Source: an uncultured Gemmatimonadota bacterium (lineage in GTDB: Bacteria; JAAXHH01). From it: 64,000 nt of DNA. Positions within the stretch are counted from its first letter, which is position 1; each line of letters opens with the position of its first letter. This document shows, piece after piece, positions 17,899 to 26,638 of the stretch. The stretch covers positions 1 through 64,000 of the forward strand of contig OX638340.1 of NCBI GenBank assembly GCA_951812955.1, given 5' to 3'. The position numbers were made by a program, and so were the translations under genes. The notes below the pieces were generated by a model. The model did not search any database and was not told where the DNA came from. It worked only from the letters and a program-made list of their open reading frames with translations.

Positions 17899-18695
17899 AC
17901 AGTTTGAACCGTGCTCGCGACAGGACGAACAGCCTGGTCTGCGTGGGACTCGATCCGGACGTGGATCGGTTTCCGGAGCACTTGAAATCGGGAAATGATG
18001 CGGTATTCGAGTTCAACCGGTCGATCATCGAGCACACATCGGACCTCGTATCGGCCTATAAGCTGAACATCGCATTTTTCGAAGTCATGGGTGCCCGGGG
18101 CTACGAGGTGCTCGAGCGCACGCTCACGGTGATCCCGGAAGAGGTCGTGGTGATCTGCGATTGCAAGCGGGGCGACATGGGGAATAGCGCGCGCATGTAC
18201 GCGAAGGCGCTGTTCGAGCACTTCGGATTCGACGCGGTGACGGTCAATCCCTACCAGGGGCGGGATTCCGTTCAGCCCTTCCTGAATTACACCGACCGTG
18301 GGGTCTTCATCCTCTGCCTGACTTCCAACGAGAGCTCGCGCGATTTCCAGCACCTGTCCGTCAACGGACATCCACTGTATATCGAGGTGGCCAGTGCGGC
18401 AGAGTCCTGGAACACCGCCCGAAACGCGGGGCTGGTGGTGGGCGCTACGCAGGCGGAGTCACTGGCGGAGATACGTGCCGTCTCCCCCGACATGCCTCTG
18501 CTGATACCGGGGATCGGCGCCCAGGGCGGCGACCTGGAAACCGTCATCCGCGCCGGCGCCGACACCAGCGGCGGTGGACTGCTCATCAATTCCTCCCGGA
18601 GCATACTTTATTCCTCCGGCGGCCTCGATTTCGCCGAGTGCGCCCGGGCGGCGACGCTAAGGCTCAGAGCAGAGATCAACACCCTGCTTCCCTGA
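17883..18695 (+). CDS. pyrF: Orotidine 5'-phosphate decarboxylase (long type-2 form)
   Basis: Trimmed from ORF 17808 to ATG 17883. Motifs are 'LVCVGLDPD', 'AYKLNIAFFE', 'CDCKRGDMGNS' and 'LIPGIGAQGG'. It overlaps the pyrD 3' end by 16 bp. Confidence 0.85.
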   Translation: MSPFVDSLNRARDRTNSLVCVGLDPDVDRFPEHLKSGNDAVFEFNRSIIEHTSDLVSAYKLNIAFFEVMGARGYEVLERTLTVIPEEVVVICDCKRGDMGNSARMYAKALFEHFGFDAVTVNPYQGRDSVQPFLNYTDRGVFILCLTSNESSRDFQHLSVNGHPLYIEVASAAESWNTARNAGLVVGATQAESLAEIRAVSPDMPLLIPGIGAQGGDLETVIRAGADTSGGGLLINSSRSILYSSGGLDFAECARAATLRLRAEINTLLP

Positions 18696-18813
18696 ATACC
18701 ATGCTCGGTCCGGCGTCAGGCCACGCCACGGTTTTTCGGACCCTGCGTAACCGGATGTATCGACACGGGCGTAAATCCCGTGTTTCAAGGAACGTCGACC
18801 GATGCGGAACAGG

Positions 18814-18936
18814 ATCAATCGGACCAATCGGGCCAATCGGACCAGTCCGGCCAGGCGGACCGAGTGGGCAAATCTGGCCAAGCTGGCCAAGCTGACTAGG
18901 CGGACCAGGCGGACCGAGCTGACCAGGCGGACCAGA
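18814..18936. repeat. Degenerate tandem repeat, 9 bp x ~14 (GRCCRRNNN family), immediately 5' of the methyltransferase gene
   Basis: ..gaccaatcg ggccaatcg gaccagtcc ggccaggcg gaccgagtg ggcaaatct ggccaagct ggccaagct gactaggcg gaccaggcg gaccgagct gaccaggcg gaccagaga, followed by ATG 18940. It is stop-free and in frame with an upstream ATG at 18802. Confidence 0.9.
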
Positions 18937-18939
18937 GAC

Positions 18940-19479
18940 ATGGAGACCAACTTCGAGGTACGCAGTTTCGATGCGGAGATCACAAAGGAAGCGTACGACA
19001 GGCTGCCCAAGCTGCCGCTGTATTTCGTACTGGACAACCTGCGCAGCGCATTCAACGTGGGTTCCATATTCCGGACCTGCGACATCCTGCGGGTTAAAAG
19101 CCTCTTTCTGTGCGGTTACACGGCCTGTCCGCCCCACGCGAAGCTGGAGAAGACGGCCCTGGGCACCATAGATTACGTCCCCTGGCGTAATTTCGAGTCG
19201 GCCGTCGACGCGGTCGACTACCTGCGAGACAGAAGCGTCGCGGTGTGGGCCGCCGAAACGGCTTCGGGTTCGGTTCCGTATGACGAGGCGGTATTTCCGG
19301 ACGAATTGGCGATCGTCCTGGGTAACGAGGCGCTGGGCGTGAGCCGCGACGTGCTGGAACGGTGTGACGGCCTGGTCGAAATCCCCACGCGGGGCTACAA
19401 GAATTCGCTCAACGTGGCGTCCGCCTGCGCGGTCCTGGGATTCAAGGCGCTGGAGCAAATGGAAGGGAAATCGAACTGA
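18940..19479 (+). CDS. SpoU/TrmH-family RNA 2'-O-methyltransferase
   Basis: 'LDNLRSAFNVGSIFRTCD', 'AIVLGNEALGVS' and 'VEIPTRGYKNSLNVASACAV' are SPOUT motifs 1-3. The start is either ATG 18940 (179 aa) or ATG 18802, which would add a 46-aa Arg/Thr-rich repeat-encoded extension. Confidence 0.8.
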   Translation: METNFEVRSFDAEITKEAYDRLPKLPLYFVLDNLRSAFNVGSIFRTCDILRVKSLFLCGYTACPPHAKLEKTALGTIDYVPWRNFESAVDAVDYLRDRSVAVWAAETASGSVPYDEAVFPDELAIVLGNEALGVSRDVLERCDGLVEIPTRGYKNSLNVASACAVLGFKALEQMEGKSN

Positions 19480-19505
19480 CCGGGTCGAATGATCCTGCGG
19501 GAAGG

Positions 19506-20285
19506 CTACGGGTCGCTCGACCAGGTCTTCCTGCCCACGAAGAACGGTCCCAGCGAATCGATGTACAGGGCGGTCTGCTGGGTCTTACGCATGTCCTGGA
19601 CGACCCGTGAGAGCGGGTAAAGTTCCTTGCCGAGCAGTCCGATGACGAAGTCGTTGTCCGCCTCGTCCAGCCCGTAGCAAGCCAGGCGGATGTCGTGGGC
19701 GAAGTCGGCCCGGCCGTAGGCTCGGCCGATGTGGGCGTGCTCCATCAGGATCTGGCGCTGCTCCTTGTGTTCAAGGCGGGCGAAGGCGCCGTTCCGTCTC
19801 AGGGGATACCAGATAGCCCAGGGCCAGTCGGGATTGAGCACGGTGTTGCGCGGCCGGTGTATGAGCGATTCCTTCAGGTCCGGTTCGTATCCCATGGAGT
19901 AGGTCCTGCCGAACATCGTCATGTTTCCGCGTAGTTCCATCGCATCGAACGGACTGACAGTCAACAGGTTCCGGACGTCCGTTACGAAGGCATCCGGATC
20001 TTCGGCCAGGAACAGCACGCCGATACCCGTGGGATCGTTGACATCGAGATACACCGCGGAATCCAGACCGGATTTCCGCAGCGCGACGATGCATTCGCCG
20101 GTTATGTCCGGGGCCCGCCGGACGGATTCCCGGCTGGACACGGTGAACACATTGAGCTGCATGTACAGCCGTGTTTCGGCCGTCTGGGCCTGGCCGTTTA
20201 CTGGCGCTCCGCGTTCGAGTATATCTGGGGTCCTGCCGGTGTCTTCGTTCACGTCGCTTCCCTGCCTTCTCTTTGACGATTCCAT
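19506..20285 (-). CDS. Chlorite-dismutase-family protein, most likely coproheme decarboxylase (HemQ/ChdC)
   Basis: 'WAIWYPLRRNGAFARLEHKEQRQILMEHAHIGRAYG...CYGLDEADNDFVIGLL...VVQDMRKTQQTALY..LGPFFVG' follows the HemQ/Cld pattern. It is divergent from hemH. The start is uncertain (ATG 20285 chosen; the ORF extends to 20411). Confidence 0.65.
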   Translation of the reverse strand: MESSKRRQGSDVNEDTGRTPDILERGAPVNGQAQTAETRLYMQLNVFTVSSRESVRRAPDITGECIVALRKSGLDSAVYLDVNDPTGIGVLFLAEDPDAFVTDVRNLLTVSPFDAMELRGNMTMFGRTYSMGYEPDLKESLIHRPRNTVLNPDWPWAIWYPLRRNGAFARLEHKEQRQILMEHAHIGRAYGRADFAHDIRLACYGLDEADNDFVIGLLGKELYPLSRVVQDMRKTQQTALYIDSLGPFFVGRKTWSSDP

Positions 20286-20380
20286 CCCAAAACCCGTGGC
20301 TGGACGCGGGTAAATTACGGAGGAGACGGCAGCATGGCAAGCAAATCCGGGGTTATGAGATCTGACAGGGAGGAAGCCCG

Positions 20381-21430
20381 TTGAACTACGACGCATTGCT
20401 CCTGGTATCATTCGGGGGCCCGGAAGGCGCCGCCGACGTCCTCCCCTTTCTCGAGCGCGTGCTCAAAGGCCGGCGCGTTCCCAGGGAACGAATGATGGAG
20501 GTCGCGGAACACTACCACCATTTCGGTGGGGTCAGCCCGATAAACAGCCAGAACCGGGCACTGATCTCCGCCCTTGAAAGCGCGTTGGCGAACCGCGACC
20601 TTCCCCTCCCGATCTACTGGGGAAACCGGAACTGGCATCCCTTGCTGGCGGATACGGTCCGGCGGATGGCCGCGGACGGGATCCAACGGGCGCTGGCCCT
20701 CGTTACGTCCGCCTACAGCTCCTATTCGAACTGCAGGCAGTACCTCGAGAACATCGAGGATGCCCGGCGCGAGGTGGGCGGCGGCGCCCCGAAAATCGAC
20801 AAGATCAGGCCCTTTTTCCATCATCCGGGTTATATCGAAACGATGGAGGCACGCGTTCGTTCCGCCCTGGACCGCTTGCCGGAAGCGCGCCGCGCCTCGG
20901 CGCACCTGGTGTATACCGCCCACAGCATACCCCTGGCCATGGCTCGGGGATGCGCGTACGAAGCGCAACTCCGGGAAGCCTCCCGGCTCATCAGCGCGCG
21001 CGCGGGCGCTTCCTCCTGGACGCTGGCATTTCAAAGCCGCAGCGGTCCGCCCGCTCAGCCCTGGCTGGAACCCGATGTCTGTGATTACATCCGGTCGTTC
21101 CACGAGACTGGCGCGGGCCGGGCGGACCGAGCGGACCGAGCGGGCCGGGCGGACCGGGCGGACCGGGATATCGTGTTGATCCCCGTAGGATTCATCTCGG
21201 ACCACATGGAAGTGGCCTACGACCTGGACATTGAAGCGCGGGCGTGTTGCGATGAGCTCGGGGTACGCATGGTCCGGGCGGAAACGGCGGGGACTCATCC
21301 CCGCTTCGTGGAAATGATCGTGGAACTCGTCGAAGAACGCCTGTCCCTGACGACGGCCAGGGCGGCCGTGGGTGTCCTGGAACCGTGGCCCGATCGATGC
21401 CCGCCGGACTGCTGCCCTTCCGGCAGGTAG
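20381..21430 (+). CDS. hemH: Ferrochelatase (probably coproporphyrin ferrochelatase) with a repeat-encoded loop insertion and a Cys-rich C-terminus
   Basis: TTG start 20381 lies behind GGGAGGAAG. Motifs are 'LLLVSFGGPEG', 'SPINSQ', 'YTAHSIP' and 'PVGFISDHMEVAYDLD'. The C-terminus is 'DRCPPDCCPSGR'. Confidence 0.85.
   Translation: MNYDALLLVSFGGPEGAADVLPFLERVLKGRRVPRERMMEVAEHYHHFGGVSPINSQNRALISALESALANRDLPLPIYWGNRNWHPLLADTVRRMAADGIQRALALVTSAYSSYSNCRQYLENIEDARREVGGGAPKIDKIRPFFHHPGYIETMEARVRSALDRLPEARRASAHLVYTAHSIPLAMARGCAYEAQLREASRLISARAGASSWTLAFQSRSGPPAQPWLEPDVCDYIRSFHETGAGRADRADRAGRADRADRDIVLIPVGFISDHMEVAYDLDIEARACCDELGVRMVRAETAGTHPRFVEMIVELVEERLSLTTARAAVGVLEPWPDRCPPDCCPSGR
21117..21170. repeat. 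Tandem repeat, 9 bp x 6 (GRCCGRGCG), in frame inside hemH
   Basis: ggccgggcg gaccgagcg gaccgagcg ggccgggcg gaccgggcg gaccgggat. It is translated as 'GRADRADRAGRADRADRD' just before the conserved PVGF motif. Confidence 0.9.
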
Positions 21431-21455
21431 GTCATGTGGGAAGAACCGGCCATCC

Positions 21456-22490
21456 TCAGACCGGGACCTCCCACCGGTCCATGGGTTCGGTGGAACGTAC
21501 CCGGCGCATGCCCGCGTCGGCGAACCGGCCGAAGGCCTTCTCCGCCTCCCCAGTAAAATCGATCACACCGGGAACGACGACCGGTGAGGTGCAGTCCTCC
21601 AGCAGGCAGACTTTCGCGGTCATGGACGGCTTGCGCGCCTCGAACTCCGTCCGGAGATCTTCCACCGTCCACGCCACGCAATGACTCTTGGCCTGCCCGG
21701 CCACGATGACGGCGTCGAAGGTCATCAAGTGATCGACCAGCGGCGAATTCCTGTCACCCACCGGATGGCCGCCGGCGTCTTCCATTACGTCGGGGCGCAA
21801 CACGGAGTAGTTCTCTGTGAGGGCATGATTCCCTTTGAGTTCGAAGCGGGCCTGACGGACTCGCGCGATGCTGTGAAAGAAAACCGCCTCCTCGACCGCG
21901 GACACCAGGGCGTGGCCGATGCCCCCGAGCATGGCGTGGTACGGCCAGATCATGAGCGGATACTTGCCATCGCGCGCGAGGCGCCGGACGTAATGCAGCG
22001 CGTAGGCGGAAAGATCGATCCGGCCGCCGAACCAGGCCTCCACCGTGGGATTCACACGCCAGGTTCCCTGTTCTACGTCGTCCGGGGTGATGACCGTTTC
22101 GCCGCCTATGGGATGTCCGCCCCCTTCGTCGACCCAGAACATCGGGTGGAAGATCTGCTGGGCCGTGTGGGTGTCCATCGTGGGGATAATCTCCGTAATG
22201 GAATGGAGGTTGCGGTAGATGAAGGTGCATAGGCGGTCGTTGTCCTCCACGGCGCCACGTCCGCTCCGTCCACCGACGAAAAGCTCGAATCCGGGAAGAC
22301 AGAAAGTGTTCTGGCAGTCCACCAGGAGCAGGGCGGTTCGAAAGGCATCCTCGACCGAGGGCCGGATCCCGCGTTCTTCCGCCCAATCTCGGGCATCCGC
22401 GGCCCGTTCTCCGTATGGGACGCGCCAGACCGTCTCGACGGACCCCGACGTGTAGTGGGGCGGAACGTCTCCGAGTGGTTTAAAGTTCAT
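21456..22490 (-). CDS. Isochorismatase-family hydrolase, nicotinamidase-like (long 344-aa form)
   Basis: '[10 protein letters not shown]' holds the catalytic Asp region and '[17 protein letters not shown]' the nucleophile Cys. Its start overlaps the nadE stop by 11 bp, so the two are co-transcribed. Confidence 0.65.
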   Translation of the reverse strand: MNFKPLGDVPPHYTSGSVETVWRVPYGERAADARDWAEERGIRPSVEDAFRTALLLVDCQNTFCLPGFELFVGGRSGRGAVEDNDRLCTFIYRNLHSITEIIPTMDTHTAQQIFHPMFWVDEGGGHPIGGETVITPDDVEQGTWRVNPTVEAWFGGRIDLSAYALHYVRRLARDGKYPLMIWPYHAMLGGIGHALVSAVEEAVFFHSIARVRQARFELKGNHALTENYSVLRPDVMEDAGGHPVGDRNSPLVDHLMTFDAVIVAGQAKSHCVAWTVEDLRTEFEARKPSMTAKVCLLEDCTSPVVVPGVIDFTGEAEKAFGRFADAGMRRVRSTEPMDRWEVPV

Positions 22491-24549
22491 CGGGGATGCG
22501 ATCTAAATCCGACAGCCAGACCGCCGGAGAAGCATCGGACGGCATCCGCCAGTCGCCACGGGGGGATATACAGGTCATGCCGACCTTGGGCCCTTCCGGC
22601 AGGCAGTTCCGTTTGAACTGGTTCTGGAAGAACCGGACGATAAAGACGCGCAGCCAGGTCTTGATCTCCCGGAGTTCGTACTTTCCCTCGAATGCATGCA
22701 TTGCCATCCGGGCGATACGCGAGGGCGAGAAGCCGAATCGCATGAAGTAGTAGATGAAGAAGTCGTGCAGTTCGTAGGGACCGATTTTCTCTTCGGTTTT
22801 CTGGGCGATCTCCCGCTCGCGCGGTGGCAGCAATTCCGGTGAAATAGGCGTGTCGAGAATGTCCAGCAGCACGTCCCTCACTGCCGACTCCTGTTCGAAG
22901 ACCTCGTCGGCGGTCCAGCGGATCAGGTAGGAAATGAGGGTCTTGGGAATCCCTGCATTGACGCCGTAATGGCTGGCATGGTCGCCGAACATGGTGCACC
23001 ATCCCAGCGCCAGTTCCGAAAGGTCGCCGGTACCGAGTACGATACCCTTGACCTGGGCGGCCGTGGCGAGTTCCTCCAGTTTCCGGGTCCATGCCTGGGT
23101 GTTTTCGTAGACGAGGTCTTTCTTGTCTTCCGAATGCCCGATATCCCCGAAGAACTGCCGCACCGCGGGTTTGATGTCGATCTCCCGGAAAGTGGCGCCG
23201 ACCGCCCGGATCAGCGTACATGCGTTCGAGTAGGTTCGCTCCGTAGTGCCCAGTCCCGGCATGGTCAGGGCCACGATGCGGGACCGCGGCAGGCCGAGCA
23301 GGTCCATGGTGTGTACTGCGACATTCAGGGCGTGGGTCGAATCCTGGCCCCCTGACACCGCCACGACGACCCTCCGGGCATCCTCGGGCAGCGATCTCAG
23401 CTTGGTCGCGAGTCCGGTGGACTGGATCATGAACACTTCGCGGCACCGCTGGCTGCGATCCGCGAGATTTTGCGGTACGAAGGGATGAGAGGGTATATCG
23501 CGCTCGAAGGTCCGATGCGCTACTCCGGGCGCCTTCCCGGCATTCTTCGAACCCTCTTCTCCAGCGTGGCCGGCATCTTTCGAACCCTCTTCTCCATCGT
23601 GGCCGAACCGGAATCCCGGAAGGTAAGCGGACCGCCAGGATGACTTGTAGTCCATGGCGTTCTGACGGAAAGAGCCCTGGACGCCCCGCTCCAGCGTCAG
23701 CGCCTCCACGTCGACGTCCGCGACGATGCAGGCTCCATCAAGCTGGAAGCGTTCGGTTTTCGCCAGCATGTAGCCTCGTTCGGCGATGAACCCGTGGCCG
23801 TCCCAAACCACGTCCATGGTCGACTCCCCGAATCCCGCCGCGGCGTACATGTGGACGGCCTCGTTGCGGCCCGATGAAGCCAGGACGAGGTCCTCCCGGT
23901 ACTGCGCCTTGCCGATGACGATGTTGGAGGCCGACAGGTTCGCCAGAATGCTCGCGCCCGCCAGCGCCGCCCTGCTGCTCGGGGGCACCGGAACCCAGTC
24001 GTCTTCGCAGATCGTCGGATATATCACGACCCTGGGATCATCCGTACGCAACAGCACGTCGGGTCCGAATGGCGCTTCCCGGCCACAAAGAGATACAGAG
24101 TCGGTCTGCGCTTCCGCGGCCCGGGCAAAATACCGCGTCTCATAAAACTCGCGATATTGCGGGAGATAGGTCTTGGGCGCAACGGACAGGATGTCTCCGC
24201 GGCTGCAGGTTACCGCGACGTTGAAGACCGCGTGATCGATCCGCAGGGGCATGCCGAAACTGAAAGCCAGGCCGGTTTCCCTGGTCTGGTCCAGCAGTTC
24301 CTCAAGCGCCTTCAGCGCACCGTCCAGCAGCGCCTGGGAATGGAAGAGGTCGGCGCAGGTATAACCGGTCAGACTCAATTCCGGGAAAAGGACATAGGAA
24401 GCTCCCTTCCCGCCTGCCGCTTCGATCTGCTCCAGGTGATGCGCCACGTTCGCCGCGGGGTCGCCCACGCGAATACGGGGTACGGCGATGGCCAGGCGCA
24501 CGAAGCCGTGGCTGCGCACATCGAGAAACTGTTCGGGGCTGAGTTCCAT
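22480..24549 (-). CDS. nadE: Glutamine-dependent NAD+ synthetase (CN-hydrolase plus NAD synthase domains, 689 aa)
   Basis: The N-terminal nitrilase-like domain has '[16 protein letters not shown]' and 'ICEDDW'. The C-terminal ATP-PPase has '[13 protein letters not shown]'. The linker between them carries an 11-aa duplication. Confidence 0.9.
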   Translation of the reverse strand: MELSPEQFLDVRSHGFVRLAIAVPRIRVGDPAANVAHHLEQIEAAGGKGASYVLFPELSLTGYTCADLFHSQALLDGALKALEELLDQTRETGLAFSFGMPLRIDHAVFNVAVTCSRGDILSVAPKTYLPQYREFYETRYFARAAEAQTDSVSLCGREAPFGPDVLLRTDDPRVVIYPTICEDDWVPVPPSSRAALAGASILANLSASNIVIGKAQYREDLVLASSGRNEAVHMYAAAGFGESTMDVVWDGHGFIAERGYMLAKTERFQLDGACIVADVDVEALTLERGVQGSFRQNAMDYKSSWRSAYLPGFRFGHDGEEGSKDAGHAGEEGSKNAGKAPGVAHRTFERDIPSHPFVPQNLADRSQRCREVFMIQSTGLATKLRSLPEDARRVVVAVSGGQDSTHALNVAVHTMDLLGLPRSRIVALTMPGLGTTERTYSNACTLIRAVGATFREIDIKPAVRQFFGDIGHSEDKKDLVYENTQAWTRKLEELATAAQVKGIVLGTGDLSELALGWCTMFGDHASHYGVNAGIPKTLISYLIRWTADEVFEQESAVRDVLLDILDTPISPELLPPREREIAQKTEEKIGPYELHDFFIYYFMRFGFSPSRIARMAMHAFEGKYELREIKTWLRVFIVRFFQNQFKRNCLPEGPKVGMTCISPRGDWRMPSDASPAVWLSDLDRIPDEL
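23538..23603. repeat. Tandem duplication, 33 bp x 2 (30/33 identical), in frame in the nadE interdomain linker
   Basis: cggcattcttcgaaccctcttctccagcgtggc / cggcatctttcgaaccctcttctccatcgtggc. On the minus strand it encodes '[22 protein letters not shown]'. Confidence 0.9.
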
Positions 24550-24727
24550 GGCCTCTGTATCCCGGACGATAACTAATGGACCGTTGCGAACCGGTGACCG
24601 TTACGATCCTATATCTTTGCAATCGGCTTATACTGGTCGCCGGCTGCCGGGCGTCACGAAAAAGATAAGGGATATGCGATCGGGCAGGCAAGACGCAATT
24701 TCCGGCGCGCCAAAGGGTTTCGGACGG

Positions 24728-25612
24728 TCAGTCTGCCTCGATCAGCCGCCCCTTCACGTCATGGCCGACCTCCACGGCGTCGCGGCCCTGCTGTTTTCTC
24801 CGCATCCGGTCGCGGTACCTCAGGGGCATTTCGCGGCGGCGCCAGGAAAGGAATCCCCGTTCGTGCCGGTCCCGGTTCCGGATCGATGCTGGCGCAGGAA
24901 CGGCGATGATTCCATGGGTAATCGAGGTCATCTTGCGGGACATGGCGATGATTTCCCCTTTGCTCACGATAAGGGTCACGCCGACGTTGGCTTCTACGAT
25001 GGGCACGCCGTTCTCCCTCGCGCGGGCGAGCACGGCCCGGTCCTGTGCGCGGAACCTCGAACCGAAGGAGGGAATGAGCAGGTACCGGGCGCCGTCGAGC
25101 ACCGGTATCCGCGCGATGTCCGGGTTCCACCGGTCGTTGCAGATGACCATGCCGGCCCGGCCGAAGGGGGTGTCGAAGGCGCGACTGTGCCTGCCCAGGC
25201 GGTTGAACCACCAGGAACGGTGATGGCCCTCGGCCAGTTGCATCTTGTGGTACTTGCCACGCAGGCGCCCCCGATGATCGAGGAACACGGCGCAATTGTA
25301 GACTTCGTCGTCGATCCGCTCCGCCAGGCCGAACACGAGGCACATGCTTAACGATCTCGCGAGCTCCCGGAACCGGGCGATGGTTCCGCTGCGCATGGTC
25401 AGCGACACGCGGTTCATTTCTTCCGGCGGGATCTCACCGTCTATGATTTCGTTGACCACATACCCTTCCAGCACGCCCTCCGGCGCGACGGCCAGTTCGG
25501 CACCCCCAGCCGCGGCCTCGCGGAACATCTCTTCCAGCCGTTCCGCATTTCCTTCGAGGTCCAGCTTGACGGGTTTGAACGAGATCGCCGCAACCCGTAC
25601 ATCTCGAAACAT
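24728..25612 (-). CDS. Carbon-nitrogen hydrolase (nitrilase superfamily)
   Basis: 'VAAISFKP...AELAVAPEGVLEGY' holds the catalytic Glu region, 'YHKMQL' the Lys and 'MVICNDRWNP' the Cys. GGAGG lies upstream of the ATG. Confidence 0.8.
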   Translation of the reverse strand: MFRDVRVAAISFKPVKLDLEGNAERLEEMFREAAAGGAELAVAPEGVLEGYVVNEIIDGEIPPEEMNRVSLTMRSGTIARFRELARSLSMCLVFGLAERIDDEVYNCAVFLDHRGRLRGKYHKMQLAEGHHRSWWFNRLGRHSRAFDTPFGRAGMVICNDRWNPDIARIPVLDGARYLLIPSFGSRFRAQDRAVLARARENGVPIVEANVGVTLIVSKGEIIAMSRKMTSITHGIIAVPAPASIRNRDRHERGFLSWRRREMPLRYRDRMRRKQQGRDAVEVGHDVKGRLIEAD

Positions 25613-25918
25613 GGTTCGCCTCCAGTTTTATCGGTCACGTCCCGGTTGGCCGGCTGGCCCGTCGGGTCAAAACGGACAACCTTCTCACGGTCTTTTGCAG
25701 GAATCGGTGCTCCGGGCCACGGGCTACAAGCATTGCGGTTTTTAGACTAATGGAATATACTGCCGACATTCACTACCGCGCAACGGTGGCCTGGTCTTCC
25801 CTCGGTCGCAACTCAGGACGGGGGATCGTCTCGCTTACCGGAACGATCTTCAATTCGAAGGCAAGATCGCAGTATACGAAGGCAAGTTCGCGCAAAATAG
25901 AGCCGAAAGGTGGTACCC

Positions 25919-26638
25919 ATGCCATCAACGGACACCCGAAACGAATCTGTAACGAAGGTCGCCGTCGTCCTGCTCAGCGGCGGGGTCGATTCGGCGACGG
26001 CGCTCGCCATCGCCCGGCACGACGGTTTCGACTGTCACGCCATCACCTTCGACTATGGACAGCGACACCGGTTTGAACTCGAGTCGGCCAAAAGGGTCGC
26101 CAGATCCATGGGGGTCGGTCGCCACGTAACCATACCTTTTGACCTGCGGGCAATCGGAGGGTCTTCGCTGACGGACGACTTACCCGTGCCCAGGGACCAG
26201 GATCCGGCGTCCATGGCCGCGCAGATACCTTCTACTTATGTCCCGGCCCGCAATACCATATTCCTTTCCTTCGCACTGGGTTGGGCTGAAGTACTTGGCG
26301 CATTCGACCTGTACATCGGCGCCAATGCCATCGATTACAGCGGCTATCCCGATTGCCGCCCCGAGTATATCGCGGCCTACGAGAACCTGGCGAACCTGGC
26401 CACGAGAGCGGGAGTGACCGGAGAGGGCAGGTTCAATATCCACGCGCCGCTCATCGAAATGTCCAAGGCGGATATCCTTCGCACCGGGGTCCGGCTCGGG
26501 GTGGACTACGCGCTCACGACAAGTTGCTACGACCCGGCGAGTGACGGGGCGGCCTGCGGCGGATGCGATGCCTGCATCCTGCGGCGAAACGGTTTTGAAG
26601 AAGCCGGCATCGTGGATCCGACGCGATACGCCTCATGA
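25919..26638 (+). CDS. queC: 7-cyano-7-deazaguanine synthase
   Basis: '[14 protein letters not shown]' is the PP-loop, 'FDYGQRH' is conserved, and the C-terminal Zn motif is 'CYDP...[11 protein letters not shown]'. ATG 25919 is preferred (GAAAGG lies 8 nt upstream) over GTG 25910. Confidence 0.9.
   Translation: MPSTDTRNESVTKVAVVLLSGGVDSATALAIARHDGFDCHAITFDYGQRHRFELESAKRVARSMGVGRHVTIPFDLRAIGGSSLTDDLPVPRDQDPASMAAQIPSTYVPARNTIFLSFALGWAEVLGAFDLYIGANAIDYSGYPDCRPEYIAAYENLANLATRAGVTGEGRFNIHAPLIEMSKADILRTGVRLGVDYALTTSCYDPASDGAACGGCDACILRRNGFEEAGIVDPTRYAS

Noticed and set aside
25613-25918. A possible preQ1 riboswitch upstream of queC.
   Set aside because: I looked for the short hairpin plus the A-rich 'AAAAAACUA' tail on the plus strand and did not find it. 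The only similar string lies on the opposite strand.
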